A program made the translations under genes and the position numbers. From a bacterium (GTDB lineage: Archaea > Thermoplasmatota > E2 > JACPAO01 > JAHFTW01): a DNA stretch of 27,019 nt. The notes beneath the pieces are model-generated. The model ran no database searches. It had not been told where the DNA came from and worked only from the letters and a program-made list of their open reading frames with translations. The stretch spans positions 1 to 27,019 of the forward strand of contig JAZJZE010000012.1 of the NCBI GenBank assembly GCA_040390065.1. The letters are read 5' to 3'. Numbering within the stretch: the stretch's first letter is position 1; the number at the start of each line of letters is the position of its first letter. Positions 1-8,910 of this stretch are shown piece by piece.

Positions 1-2
1 AC

Positions 3-473
3 AAGACCGCTGAAGTGAAGTCGGTGGAGATGCACCACGAGCAGCTGCCGCAGGCCGTCCCTGGCGACAACGTCGGCTTCAACTGCCGCGGTCTTGCCAA
101 GAACGACATCCGCCGCGGCGACGTCGGCGCCCCGGTCGACAACCCAGCCAAGGTCGCGAAGACCTTCACGGCGCAGGTCATCGTCCTGAACCACCCGTCG
201 GTCATCACCGTCGGCTACACGCCGGTCTTCCACGCCTACACGGCGCAGAACGCCTGCACGTTCACGGAGATCAAGAAGGTCATCCGCGCCGGCAAGGAGC
301 AGGAGGACAAGTCCTTCCTCAAGACCGGCGACCAGGGCATCGTCAAGATCACCCCGACGCGCCCGATGGTCGTCGAGAAGGCCACCGAGTTCCCCTCGCT
401 TGGCCGCTTCGCCATCCGCGACATGGGTCAGACCGTCGCCGTCGGTGTCGCCATCGACGTCGAGGCCAGGTAA
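3..473 (+). CDS. tuf: Translation elongation factor EF-1alpha (aEF1A), C-terminal part; 5' truncated by the window edge
   Basis: [32 protein letters not shown] and [16 protein letters not shown] motifs of archaeal/eukaryotic EF-1alpha domains II-III; the frame is open to the window start. Confidence 0.98.
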   Translation, partial: KTAEVKSVEMHHEQLPQAVPGDNVGFNCRGLAKNDIRRGDVGAPVDNPAKVAKTFTAQVIVLNHPSVITVGYTPVFHAYTAQNACTFTEIKKVIRAGKEQEDKSFLKTGDQGIVKITPTRPMVVEKATEFPSLGRFAIRDMGQTVAVGVAIDVEAR

Positions 474-490
474 GCCTCTCGGGGCTTACC
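469..490 (+). promoter_or_regulatory. Stem-loop overlapping the tuf stop codon, just upstream of the rps10 Shine-Dalgarno
   Basis: GGTAAGCCT-CTCG-GGGCTTACC gives a 9-bp stem with one G.U pair; it is followed by GGAGGT 6 nt before the rps10 ATG. Confidence 0.55.
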
Positions 491-505
491 CCCGGAGGTA
501 TTGTC

Positions 506-820
506 ATGGCAAACGCGAAGGCACGCATCAGCCTCACCGGAACGGACCCGAACAAGGTCGACTCTGTGTGCGCGCAGATCAAGTTGATCAGCGAGCGCAC
601 CGGCGTCAACATGTCCGGCCCGATTCCGCTGCCCACGAAGAAGCTCACCGTTCCGACCCGCAAGGCGCCGGACGGCGAAGGGTCCGAGACGTGGGACCGC
701 TGGCAGATGCGCGTGCACAAGCGCCTCATCGACCTGGACGCCGACGACCGCGCATTGCGGCAGTTGATGCGCATCCAGGTCCCTGACGGCGTCAACATCG
801 AGATTATGCTGCGCTCGTGA
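506..820 (+). CDS. rpsJ: 30S ribosomal protein uS10 (archaeal type)
   Basis: [39 protein letters not shown] signature; conserved archaeal tuf-rps10 order; SD GGAGGT. Confidence 0.98.
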   Translation: MANAKARISLTGTDPNKVDSVCAQIKLISERTGVNMSGPIPLPTKKLTVPTRKAPDGEGSETWDRWQMRVHKRLIDLDADDRALRQLMRIQVPDGVNIEIMLRS

Positions 821-941
821 AACGGAGCGCGCAAGCGCGATGTTTCACGAGTCGGGGGTGAGGCCGCGCTTGCGCGGCCTTACCCTGCGCAGCTCGGCAC
901 CATTTCTCCCTCCCTTGTCCTCTCTTTCTCCCGTTCTTTTT
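813..941 (+). terminator. 3' structure of the tuf-rps10 transcript: two tandem hairpins followed by a long pyrimidine tract
   Basis: 814-823 pairs with 842-851 (10 bp perfect) and encloses GCGC-GCAA-GCGC; a second long hairpin spans about 856-885; a C/T-rich tract at about 903-941 ends in TTTTT. Confidence 0.55.
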
Positions 942-1001
942 GGGTCTGGCGATTCCACGCACAGGCTGGGCCCTTCTACTGGCCCGGGCAAGCTGGGCGG
1001 C

Positions 1002-1430
1002 ATGCGCTTCCTGCTTGTCGTCGTCACGCTCGGGCTCCTTCTCGCCGGGTGCTCGACGCCCGGCCCCGACAACTCGCCGGCCGCTTCCTCCGCTTCCCCG
1101 GCCGCTGCGTCCGCTCCGCTCGAAACGCGGACGGTGGATGTCATCCTTCAGGGCAAGCAGTTCGTCAACAGCACCGTCACCATCTACGCCGGCGACACGG
1201 TGCGCTGGACGCATCTGGATGGAACGGTGGGGCACAGCGTCATGTCGGACGACATGGCCTTCAGCAGCAACGATGCCTGCATGAACGAACTCATGCCGCA
1301 CCCGCTTTGCATGAACAACGGCGACACTTTCCAGCAGACCTTTGACAAGGCCGGAACCGCGACGTACCACTGCCACGCGCACCACGACACGATGAAGGGC
1401 AAGATCATCGTGGTGGCACGCCCCGCGTAA
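1002..1430 (+). CDS. Plastocyanin/halocyanin-like blue copper (cupredoxin) lipoprotein
   Basis: Start reassigned to MRFLLVVV; lipobox LLAGC; GDTVRW; type-1 Cu ligands H (GHSV) and C/H/M (YHCHAHHDTMKG). Confidence 0.9.
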   Translation: MRFLLVVVTLGLLLAGCSTPGPDNSPAASSASPAAASAPLETRTVDVILQGKQFVNSTVTIYAGDTVRWTHLDGTVGHSVMSDDMAFSSNDACMNELMPHPLCMNNGDTFQQTFDKAGTATYHCHAHHDTMKGKIIVVARPA

Positions 1431-1482
1431 GGGGCGGCCAAGGCTTATGCACGGGAGACCGGCTCGTCACGCGGTGGCCTTG

Positions 1483-2757
1483 ATGACAATCTTGCAACGA
1501 AAGGGACTTGCGAAACCTGGGACGCTTGCGGCATGGCTGGCAGCCCTGCTCGTTGCAGTGGCGCTCTCTGGATGCACAGGCCCGCCTTCAGGCGAGGCGT
1601 CGCGTCCCGAGCCGATCAATGCCGCGACGCGGACGTTCGACATGTACGTGAGCGCCCTCGCGTCGTACCAGCCCCTTGCAGGTCGCAACATCACGGCCTT
1701 CGCATTCGGCTTGTCGCCGACAGGCCCCTTCACCGTGCCTGGACCCGAACTTCGCGTCATCCAAGGCGACCACGTCGTCGTCCGGCTGCATGGTGCGGGC
1801 CATACGATCCACTGGCACGGCTACTCGGTCCCATGGGCCATGGACGGTGTGCCGTTCGTCAGCCAAGGCCTCGGAAACGGGACCGCCTTCACGTACGAGT
1901 TCGACGCCAACGAGGCCGGGACGTATTGGTACCACTGCCACGTGGACGCGCCGGCGCACATCGACGCCGGCATGTTTGGCGCATTCATCGTGATGCCGCG
2001 AGACCCCACGGTCGACCCGCCGTTTGGCCGAGAGGCGACGATGATCCTGTCGGAGGTCGACGGCCAGACGTTCCTTGCCGTGGATACCGCCTTCAGCGGC
2101 CACCAGCCGGCGCCATCCGACCTGCACGGCAATCCCGCCGATGCCGCCGAAGGCGCCGCCGACAGCGCTCGCGAAGTGGTTGACGTCGCTGGACTCATCG
2201 CGGGCGACACGACGGGCCAGTACGCTGGCTCGCAGGGCCCGCGGCCGTACTACCCGGCGGACTCCATCCGCTACCGGCCGCAGTACGACCTATTCATGAT
2301 CAACGGCAAGAGCTTCCCCGACACCGCGCCCGTCTACATCAAGTCGGGGGAGACGATCCGCATCCGCCTCGTGAACGCCGGCCAACTGGTCCACACCATG
2401 CACCTGCACGGCCACCACTTCCTCGTGACCCACAAGGACGGCTACAACCTACCGGCCCCGTATTTCGCCGACAGCCTGGTCATCGGTCCTGGCGAGCGCT
2501 ACGACGTCTACGTCACGGGCAACAACCCTGGACTGTGGGACTTCCATGACCACGGCGGCGCCTGGGACGTCGGGGGCTACGCGGCAAACGACCACGCATT
2601 CCCTGGCGGCATGAACACCATGCTGGTCTACGAGGACTTCACCCAAGTGGCGATGCCGCCGAAGATGGGCGCCACGAGCGGCGATTACCACGCCCTGACG
2701 TTGACCGCGCCCCACGTCCACGGCGGCGCCGTCATGAACGCCGGCCGTGCGGACTAG
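1483..2757 (+). CDS. Two-domain multicopper oxidase (small laccase-like, type C pattern), lipoprotein
   Basis: HTIHWHG, YWYHCHVDAPAHIDAGM, HTMHLHGH and WDFHDH motifs; lipobox LSGC. The start is uncertain (1447 or 1483). Confidence 0.88.
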   Translation: MTILQRKGLAKPGTLAAWLAALLVAVALSGCTGPPSGEASRPEPINAATRTFDMYVSALASYQPLAGRNITAFAFGLSPTGPFTVPGPELRVIQGDHVVVRLHGAGHTIHWHGYSVPWAMDGVPFVSQGLGNGTAFTYEFDANEAGTYWYHCHVDAPAHIDAGMFGAFIVMPRDPTVDPPFGREATMILSEVDGQTFLAVDTAFSGHQPAPSDLHGNPADAAEGAADSAREVVDVAGLIAGDTTGQYAGSQGPRPYYPADSIRYRPQYDLFMINGKSFPDTAPVYIKSGETIRIRLVNAGQLVHTMHLHGHHFLVTHKDGYNLPAPYFADSLVIGPGERYDVYVTGNNPGLWDFHDHGGAWDVGGYAANDHAFPGGMNTMLVYEDFTQVAMPPKMGATSGDYHALTLTAPHVHGGAVMNAGRAD

Positions 2758-3734
2758 CGAGGCTTTTTCCCGACCGGACGCGCGTCGACACCGTAGAACC
2801 GCATCGTCGCGGCAAGCCCGTCGGCAAACTTCGTCCTCGGCTTCCATCCGAGCCGCCGCATCTTGGAGGCATCGAGGCTGTAACGCCAATCGTGCCCGGG
2901 CCGGTCCTTGACGAATTCCATGGCGTCGCCGGACCTGCCCGACGCCGCGAGGATTGCGCGCACGACCTGCAGATTCGACAGCTCGTTGCCGGCTGCGATG
3001 TTGTAGACACGGCCCGCCTTCCCCTTCGCCCGGATGACCTCCACGGCCTCGTTGTGGTCGGCGACGAAGATCCAGTCGCGCACGTTCTTGCCCGAACCGT
3101 AGATTGGGATTCGCTTGCCCGCCTTCGCCAAGGTGATCGTCTTCGGGATGAGCTTCTCTGGGTGCTGGCGCGGCCCGTAGTTGTTCGTGCAACGCGTCAC
3201 CGAGACGTTGAGCCCGTACGTGCGGAAGAAACTCAAGGCCAGCAGGTCGGACGCGGCCTTGCTGCTCGAATACGGACTCGACGGGTCGAGGGCATCCGTC
3301 TCCGCAAACGATCCCATCTTGCGCGAGCCGTAGACCTCGTCCGTGGAGATGTGGATGAAGCGCGGCACGTCATGGCGCCGTGCAGCCTCGAGCATGGAGA
3401 ACGTCCCGTCGACGTTCGTCCGAACGAAGATGCCGCCCGATTCGATGCTGCGGTCGACGTGGCTTTCCGCCGCGAAATGCACGATGGCATCAGGCTGGAA
3501 GTCGGCCACGGCGGCGTCGATGGCGGCCGTGTCGCAGATGTCCAGCTTGGCGAAGCGGTACCCGCGTGCTTGGTCAGGCCCCTTCACGTTGCGCTTGTCG
3601 CCCGCATACGTCAGGTTGTCGACGTTGAGGAGCTGCAGGTCGTCACCATGGCGGCTGTGGAGCAGGTGGATGTAGTTGCTGCCGATGAAGCCGGCACCGC
3701 CAGTCACCAGAATGCGGGGAGGCTCGTCCGTCAT
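2754..3734 (-). CDS. rfbB: dTDP-glucose 4,6-dehydratase
   Basis: ILVTGGAGFIGSN, HFAAESHVDRSI, HISTDEVYG, YSSSK and DRPGHD motifs; the ATG at 3734 overlaps the rfbD stop (ATGA). Confidence 0.97.
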   Translation of the reverse strand: MTDEPPRILVTGGAGFIGSNYIHLLHSRHGDDLQLLNVDNLTYAGDKRNVKGPDQARGYRFAKLDICDTAAIDAAVADFQPDAIVHFAAESHVDRSIESGGIFVRTNVDGTFSMLEAARRHDVPRFIHISTDEVYGSRKMGSFAETDALDPSSPYSSSKAASDLLALSFFRTYGLNVSVTRCTNNYGPRQHPEKLIPKTITLAKAGKRIPIYGSGKNVRDWIFVADHNEAVEVIRAKGKAGRVYNIAAGNELSNLQVVRAILAASGRSGDAMEFVKDRPGHDWRYSLDASKMRRLGWKPRTKFADGLAATMRFYGVDARPVGKKPR

Positions 3735-4597
3735 CGCCCCAGCTCCGCCTTCAGCGTCAGCAACGCGTCGTCGAACGACACCGGTGTCTTGAGCTTCGCG
3801 ATGGCGTCGGTGCGCAAACGCGAATCGCGGGGGCGCTTGGCCAACCACGTCAGGTCGGCGGCCTTGATGGGCGTGACAAGGTCGGCGTCGAGTTGGAAGA
3901 CGCGGCAGACCGCCTGGGCCATGGCGAGTCGCGTGAGCCCTGCAGTACCTGCCGTGTGGTAGGTGCCTCGCGCATTGCCTTCGATCAACGCCATGACCTG
4001 GTCGACGAGGTCGAGCGTGTGCGTGGGCGTCACCCACTGGTCTTCCACAATGCGCACGGTACGTCCGGCGTCCAGTTCGCCGAGAAGCCAGAGGACGAAG
4101 TTGGTCTTGTGCGGGCCGAAGACGATGGCCGTGCGTGCGACGACGGCGTCAGGATCGGCGACGAGGACCGCCTGCTCGCCGGCGAGTTTGGAGCGGCCGT
4201 ACTCCTGGACAGGTCCAGTCGCATCGCCTTCGGCGTACGGCCCGGCATCGCCGCTGAAGACGTAATCGGTGGAAATGCACAACGTCCGCGCACTCGCCCT
4301 GCGCGAGGCCGCGGCGACGACGCCGGCAGCATGGCCGTTGACGCGCATCGCGGCCGCTGGATCGCGCTCGCATGCGTCAACGTTGGTCATGGCGGCCGCG
4401 TGGACGACCCATTCGGGCCGAACGTCCGCGACGGCGCGGGCAATGGCGGCGTCGTCGGCCAGATCCATGGCGACCGCCTGTCCTCGCCAGTGCGGCGGCG
4501 GGTCCCGATGATAGGCTGCCACGACGTCGTGGCCTCGCACGGAGGCGAGAAACTGTTGGCCGAATTGGCCGGCTGCACCAGTCACGAGGATGCGCAC
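3731..4597 (-). CDS. rfbD: dTDP-4-dehydrorhamnose reductase
   Basis: RILVTGAAGQFG, HAAAMTNVDACE, ISTDYVFSG, YGRSKLAGE and AKRPRDS motifs; GTG start directly after the rfbC stop. Confidence 0.95.
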   Translation of the reverse strand: MRILVTGAAGQFGQQFLASVRGHDVVAAYHRDPPPHWRGQAVAMDLADDAAIARAVADVRPEWVVHAAAMTNVDACERDPAAAMRVNGHAAGVVAAASRRASARTLCISTDYVFSGDAGPYAEGDATGPVQEYGRSKLAGEQAVLVADPDAVVARTAIVFGPHKTNFVLWLLGELDAGRTVRIVEDQWVTPTHTLDLVDQVMALIEGNARGTYHTAGTAGLTRLAMAQAVCRVFQLDADLVTPIKAADLTWLAKRPRDSRLRTDAIAKLKTPVSFDDALLTLKAELGR

Positions 4598-4598
4598 G

Positions 4599-5150
4599 CT
4601 AGGACACCCGTGCATCTGCCAGAAGCGGCGCCGCCGCGTCTCGCGCGTTGAGTTTGGCATCTACGACGGGCCACGCAATGCCGATGGCCGGGTCGTTCCA
4701 TCGGATGGCACCCTCGTGCGCGGGGCTGTACTCGTTCGTCGTCTTGTACACCACCTCGGTCTCCTCCGTCATGGTCTGGAAGCCATGGGCGAATCCGGGA
4801 GGGACCCAGAGCATGTGGTGGTTTGCTGCGGACAAGGTCGCGCCGACCCACGTCCGATACGTGGGCGCGTTGCGCCGGATGTCGACCGCGACGTCGAAGA
4901 TCTCGCCCCGCAGCACGCGCACGAGTTTGCCCTGCGCCATCGGGTCCACCTGGAAATGCAGGCCGCGCAGCGTTCCGCGACCAGTGGAGTACGAGTGGTT
5001 GTCCTGGCGGAAATCGCCCCGGATGCCGGCCGCGTCGAAGTCGCTCCGCTTGTACGTCTCCGCGAACCAGCCGCGCGCATCCCCCAGGACCTTGGGCACT
5101 ACAAGCACGACGTCGGGCAGCTGCGGGAATGGCTTGAACTCGAAGGGCAT
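4599..5150 (-). CDS. rfbC: dTDP-4-dehydrorhamnose 3,5-epimerase
   Basis: GDARGWFAETY, QDNHSYS, GTLRGLHFQ, FDVAVDIR, WVPPGFAHGF and IRWNDPAIGIAWP motifs. Confidence 0.97.
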   Translation of the reverse strand: MPFEFKPFPQLPDVVLVVPKVLGDARGWFAETYKRSDFDAAGIRGDFRQDNHSYSTGRGTLRGLHFQVDPMAQGKLVRVLRGEIFDVAVDIRRNAPTYRTWVGATLSAANHHMLWVPPGFAHGFQTMTEETEVVYKTTNEYSPAHEGAIRWNDPAIGIAWPVVDAKLNARDAAAPLLADARVS

Positions 5151-5152
5151 GG

Positions 5153-6061
5153 CTACCTGCCCTGCTGCGGGAGCTTCGCGATGTAGTCGCGGTACTCGTC
5201 CTTGTAGTTCGCAGCGAGGCGGGCCACTTGCGCATCGTCGATGAAGCCCATGCGCCACGCGACCTCCTCGAGGCAGGCGATCTTCAGGCCTTGCCGGTTC
5301 TCCACGGTCGCGATGTAGCTCGCCGCCTCCAGAAGCGAAGCGTGGGTGCCGGTGTCGAGCCACGCCGTTCCGCGCCCAAGCCGGACGAGGTCGAGCTTGC
5401 CACGGCGCAAGTAGTCCTTGTTGACGTCGGTGATCTCCAATTCGCCGCGCGCCGACGGCTTGAGCTTGGCAGCGACGTCGACGACGGCGTTGTCGAAGAT
5501 GTACAGGCCCGTGACTGCGTAGTTGGATTTCGCTTGCCTTGGCTTCTCCACGAGGCCGACGACGTTTCCCTTGGCATCGAACTCGGCGACGCCGTAGCGC
5601 TCCGGGTCGCGCACATAGTAGCCGAAAATCGTGGCGCCGCGATTGTCGCGCACCTTGGACTGCAGCATGTCCGCCATGCCGTGGCCGTAGAAGATGTTGT
5701 CACCGAGGATCAACGTCACGGAGTCCTTGCCGATGAATTTGCGGCCGAGGATGAACGCCTGCGCGAGCCCGCCGGGGTTCGGCTGCTCCATGTAGCTGAG
5801 TCGCAGACCGAGGTCCTTGCCGTCGCCGAGAAGTTGCTGGTACAACGGCAGGTCATGCGGGGTGCTGATGACGAGGATGTCGCGGATGCCCGCCAGCATG
5901 AGCGTGCTGAGCGGGTAGAACACCATCGGCTTGTCGTAGACCGGCAAGAGCTGCTTGGACACGACGCGCGTCACGGGCCAGAGGCGCGTGCCGGTTCCGC
6001 CTGCGAGGATGATGCCCTTCATGGCGGACTTCGCCTTGGGCTTGCTCTTGGGTTTCGCCAT
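5153..6061 (-). CDS. rfbA: Glucose-1-phosphate thymidylyltransferase (short form)
   Basis: [49 protein letters not shown] and WLDTGT motifs. An alternative start lies at 6022. Confidence 0.97.
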   Translation of the reverse strand: MAKPKSKPKAKSAMKGIILAGGTGTRLWPVTRVVSKQLLPVYDKPMVFYPLSTLMLAGIRDILVISTPHDLPLYQQLLGDGKDLGLRLSYMEQPNPGGLAQAFILGRKFIGKDSVTLILGDNIFYGHGMADMLQSKVRDNRGATIFGYYVRDPERYGVAEFDAKGNVVGLVEKPRQAKSNYAVTGLYIFDNAVVDVAAKLKPSARGELEITDVNKDYLRRGKLDLVRLGRGTAWLDTGTHASLLEAASYIATVENRQGLKIACLEEVAWRMGFIDDAQVARLAANYKDEYRDYIAKLPQQGR

Positions 6062-6088
6062 GCCGTCGCCCCGTCGATTGGGTCCTGG

Positions 6089-6094
6089 TATAAA
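6089..6094 (-). promoter_or_regulatory. Putative archaeal TATA box of the rfb operon
   Basis: TTTATA on the minus strand ends 28 nt upstream of ATG 6061 in otherwise GC-rich DNA, consistent with a leaderless or short-leader transcript. Confidence 0.6.
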
Positions 6095-6139
6095 GGAGAA
6101 AGCGACAGGACGATTCGGGGACGGTTCGCTCGTGGCTGG

Positions 6140-6433
6140 TGCCGGAGGCCTGGGAGAACAGGAGCCAACTGAGAGAAGGGAATAGGTTCCTGTTCTCCGG
6201 TGCGCTTCGGTTCTCCCAGGCCGCCCTTGCTTGCGGCATCAAGCGATTCCAAGTGGCCGTCGCCGCCGTCGGAGGACGACGAATCGGTCTGGGGCTTGGC
6301 GTCAAGACGCTTCGCCGGCGGTGCCGCCTTGCCGCAAGTCGGGACCAGGCCGCGAGGCGAAGCCGCGCAGCCTACGGGTGGCCGAAGGCCGCCCCCGTCG
6401 CAGCGGCCGAGCGCAGCGAGTGCCGCTGCGACG
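6140..6433. repeat. Intergenic cluster of inverted repeats (REP/MITE-like or structured RNA)
   Basis: 6147-6159/6210-6222 (13 bp perfect); 6153-6166/6185-6198 (14 pairs, one G.U); hairpin at 6376-6394; 6396-6407/6422-6433 (12 bp perfect) around a CGAGCGCAGCGAG loop. Confidence 0.6.
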
Positions 6434-6682
6434 CTACCAAAAGTCGGCGCTGCCCTCAATCGAGTCCAGCGGGTCGACGAACTTGTCCTTCGTCGCCGTG
6501 AAGCCTTCCTTCTTGGCGTCTGCGACGAGGTCGTCGGCGCCTTTCTCGTTGGATTCCGGCAGTTCGAAGATTGCCTCGGTGCCGCCGTGGCTGTAGAGTT
6601 TCTTGAAGCGGCTGACTTCGTTCTTGAAGAGCTCCATCTTCTCGGCCGTGTCGGCCTTGACGTGCACGCGCCAGGTCGCCAT
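6434..6682 (-). CDS. Hypothetical protein, 82 aa
   Basis: MATWRVHVK...EGSADFW has protein-like composition and GC3-rich codons; the ATG lies 5 nt after the cyclophilin stop. Confidence 0.8.
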   Translation of the reverse strand: MATWRVHVKADTAEKMELFKNEVSRFKKLYSHGGTEAIFELPESNEKGADDLVADAKKEGFTATKDKFVDPLDSIEGSADFW

Positions 6683-6687
6683 CGTGC

Positions 6688-7164
<477 letters not shown>

Positions 7165-7188
7165 GGGAGCGGGCAACCCTTGGGCCAC

Positions 7189-7854
7189 TTATCCGTTGCG
7201 GGGCGGGCCGGGGAGGACCAGGGTCGTGGCCGGAGTCGTGAGCCACCAACCGTCCACGGCGGGGTGCCGCTGGACATCCTGGAACTCGACCTGTGCACCG
7301 GGGGCCACGGCGCGCACCTGTTGCAGCAACGGGCCGGCAACGACGAGTCGCTCCACGCCGCCCACCGTCAGGACCGCAACGTCGCCTTGGAAAGTCAGGC
7401 TGGGCCGGTCGCCGACAATGCGCGTCGGGCCGACGGAATGGAGGGTGCCGAGGAGGGTCGCCAACTCGGGTGGCGTGGCGGCGGCAATCGTGATGCGGGC
7501 GGCGCCGAGGCCTAGTTCGAGGCCGCCTCTGTACCCGGCTTTCACGGTTGCGCCGGCAACCCGGAGGCGGGCTCCCGGCTGGAACGGGCCGCCTGCAGCC
7601 ACGTGCGCGGTCTCCTCGTCCCACAGGACCATCTCGATGTCGCCGCTGGCGTCGCCGAGCACGACGCGGGCCATCGTGCCCTCTCCGCCACGCTTGCGGT
7701 TGTAGCGTCGGGCCGGTTGCACCTGCCGGACCGTGACGTCCAGGATCCCGATGGCACCGGGGAGTAGGCCGGCAACGGCAAGCTGGCGACCTTGGTCGGG
7801 CGCCCCGAGGCGTGCGGCCACGTCGGCGTCCAAGACGCCATCCGGGATGTCCAC
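7189..7854 (-). CDS. RPA/SSB-like OB-fold nucleic-acid-binding protein
   Basis: RRYNRKRGGEGTMARVVLGDASGDIEMVLWDE matches archaeal RPA OB folds (GD.SG.I..VLW); a degenerate second OB-like region follows. The start is uncertain (GTG 7854 chosen). Confidence 0.75.
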   Translation of the reverse strand: MDIPDGVLDADVAARLGAPDQGRQLAVAGLLPGAIGILDVTVRQVQPARRYNRKRGGEGTMARVVLGDASGDIEMVLWDEETAHVAAGGPFQPGARLRVAGATVKAGYRGGLELGLGAARITIAAATPPELATLLGTLHSVGPTRIVGDRPSLTFQGDVAVLTVGGVERLVVAGPLLQQVRAVAPGAQVEFQDVQRHPAVDGWWLTTPATTLVLPGPPRNG

Positions 7855-7979
7855 GAGGGGCGCGAGGGCTGGAGCCCAAAAGAGGCCGCCGGTGGGGCCG
7901 GTGAAGCCGAGATGCAAAGGCACAATGGGGCGCCGGCCCATCCCTTGGCATGGCCCGGCCCGGCGCGAGCGAGGAGACC

Positions 7980-8297
7980 ATGCAAGAGGTGATGGGGCGC
8001 TACGAGGCGCAGGGGTTCCGCGGCCAGTTCGGGGCCCGGGCCGGCGGCGCCATCTTGTGCTTTGCTTGCCGTTGGGAGGGACCCGCCGCGCGCGTCGGCC
8101 TGCTTGCCATGCATCGCCTCGAAGGCAGCTCCGATCCGGGCGAGGAGGTCGCCGTCGTGGCCGTTGCATGCCCCAACTGCGGCACGAAAGGGACGATGAC
8201 GTTGACGTTCGGCGTCGGTTCCAGTGCGGAGGACGGCCAGGTGCTCAAGGCCCTGGACGACCACCGCGGCGAGGGCGCGATCCGGCCCGGACTGTAG
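7980..8297 (+). CDS. Small putative zinc-binding hypothetical protein
   Basis: Two CxxC pairs (CFAC, CPNC) flank HRLEGSSDP; GAGGAG SD precedes ATG 7980 (alternative start 7950). Confidence 0.75.
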   Translation: MQEVMGRYEAQGFRGQFGARAGGAILCFACRWEGPAARVGLLAMHRLEGSSDPGEEVAVVAVACPNCGTKGTMTLTFGVGSSAEDGQVLKALDDHRGEGAIRPGL

Positions 8298-8331
8298 CAA
8301 ACCGCAAGAATCGCAACGGGCTCGCGGCGAC

Positions 8332-8910
8332 GTGACGCGACTCGGCGTCGAGTTCTACGACCGGCCCGCCAGAGTCGTGGCCCGCGACTTGCTTGGGAAA
8401 ATCCTAGCGCGCCGCGTCGACGGGGTCGTGCGTCGTGCCCGCGTCATCGAGACCGAGGCGTACGTCGGCGAGCACGACCTTGCAAGCCACGCGCGCTTTG
8501 GCCGCACGCCCCGCAACGCCTCGATGTGGGGGCCGCCCGGTCGCGCCTACGTCTACCTCGTCTACGGCATGCACCACTGCCTCAACGTCGTGACGTCGGC
8601 GGAGGGCGATCCGCAGGCGGTGCTGCTGCGGGCGGCGGAGGCACTGGACGGCTGGGAGGCCCGGTTGGGCGGGCCGGCGCTGCTTGCGAAGGCCTTTGGC
8701 TTGACGCGCAAGGACGACGGCGCGGACCTGTTGGGCGACGCGGTGTGGCTGCAGGAAGGCGCGAGGCCGACGCGGATTGCCACCACGCCGCGCATCGGCG
8801 TCGGGTACGCCGGAACATGGGCCAACAAGCGGCTGCGATTCGCGGTCGTGCCCCAGGCCCGCAATCGGCGCCCTTTCAAGCCCCCGCCCCCTGGGCGCAA
8901 GCGTGGATGA
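8332..8910 (+). CDS. mpg: DNA-3-methyladenine glycosylase (MPG/AAG family)
   Basis: VARDLLGK, IETEAYVG, GRAYVYLVYGMHHCLNVV, AVLLRA and TTPRIGV motifs. Confidence 0.95.
   Translation: MTRLGVEFYDRPARVVARDLLGKILARRVDGVVRRARVIETEAYVGEHDLASHARFGRTPRNASMWGPPGRAYVYLVYGMHHCLNVVTSAEGDPQAVLLRAAEALDGWEARLGGPALLAKAFGLTRKDDGADLLGDAVWLQEGARPTRIATTPRIGVGYAGTWANKRLRFAVVPQARNRRPFKPPPPGRKRG

Noticed and set aside
821-902. Possible tRNA after rps10 (the region ends in ..GGCACCA, and tRNA-Ser follows rps10 in some archaea)
   Set aside because: No cloverleaf, no T-loop GTTCRA and no acceptor-stem pairing; the region folds as two simple hairpins.
1483-2757. Copper nitrite reductase NirK
   Set aside because: The first motif is HTIHWH rather than an Asp-containing NirK motif, and all eight trinuclear-cluster His are present, which fits an oxidase.
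6341-6372. CCAGG..GCAGCC resembling SRP RNA helix 8
   Set aside because: The CAGG-stem-GNRA-stem-AGCA symmetry is not met; no RNase P RNA core motifs were seen in this region either.
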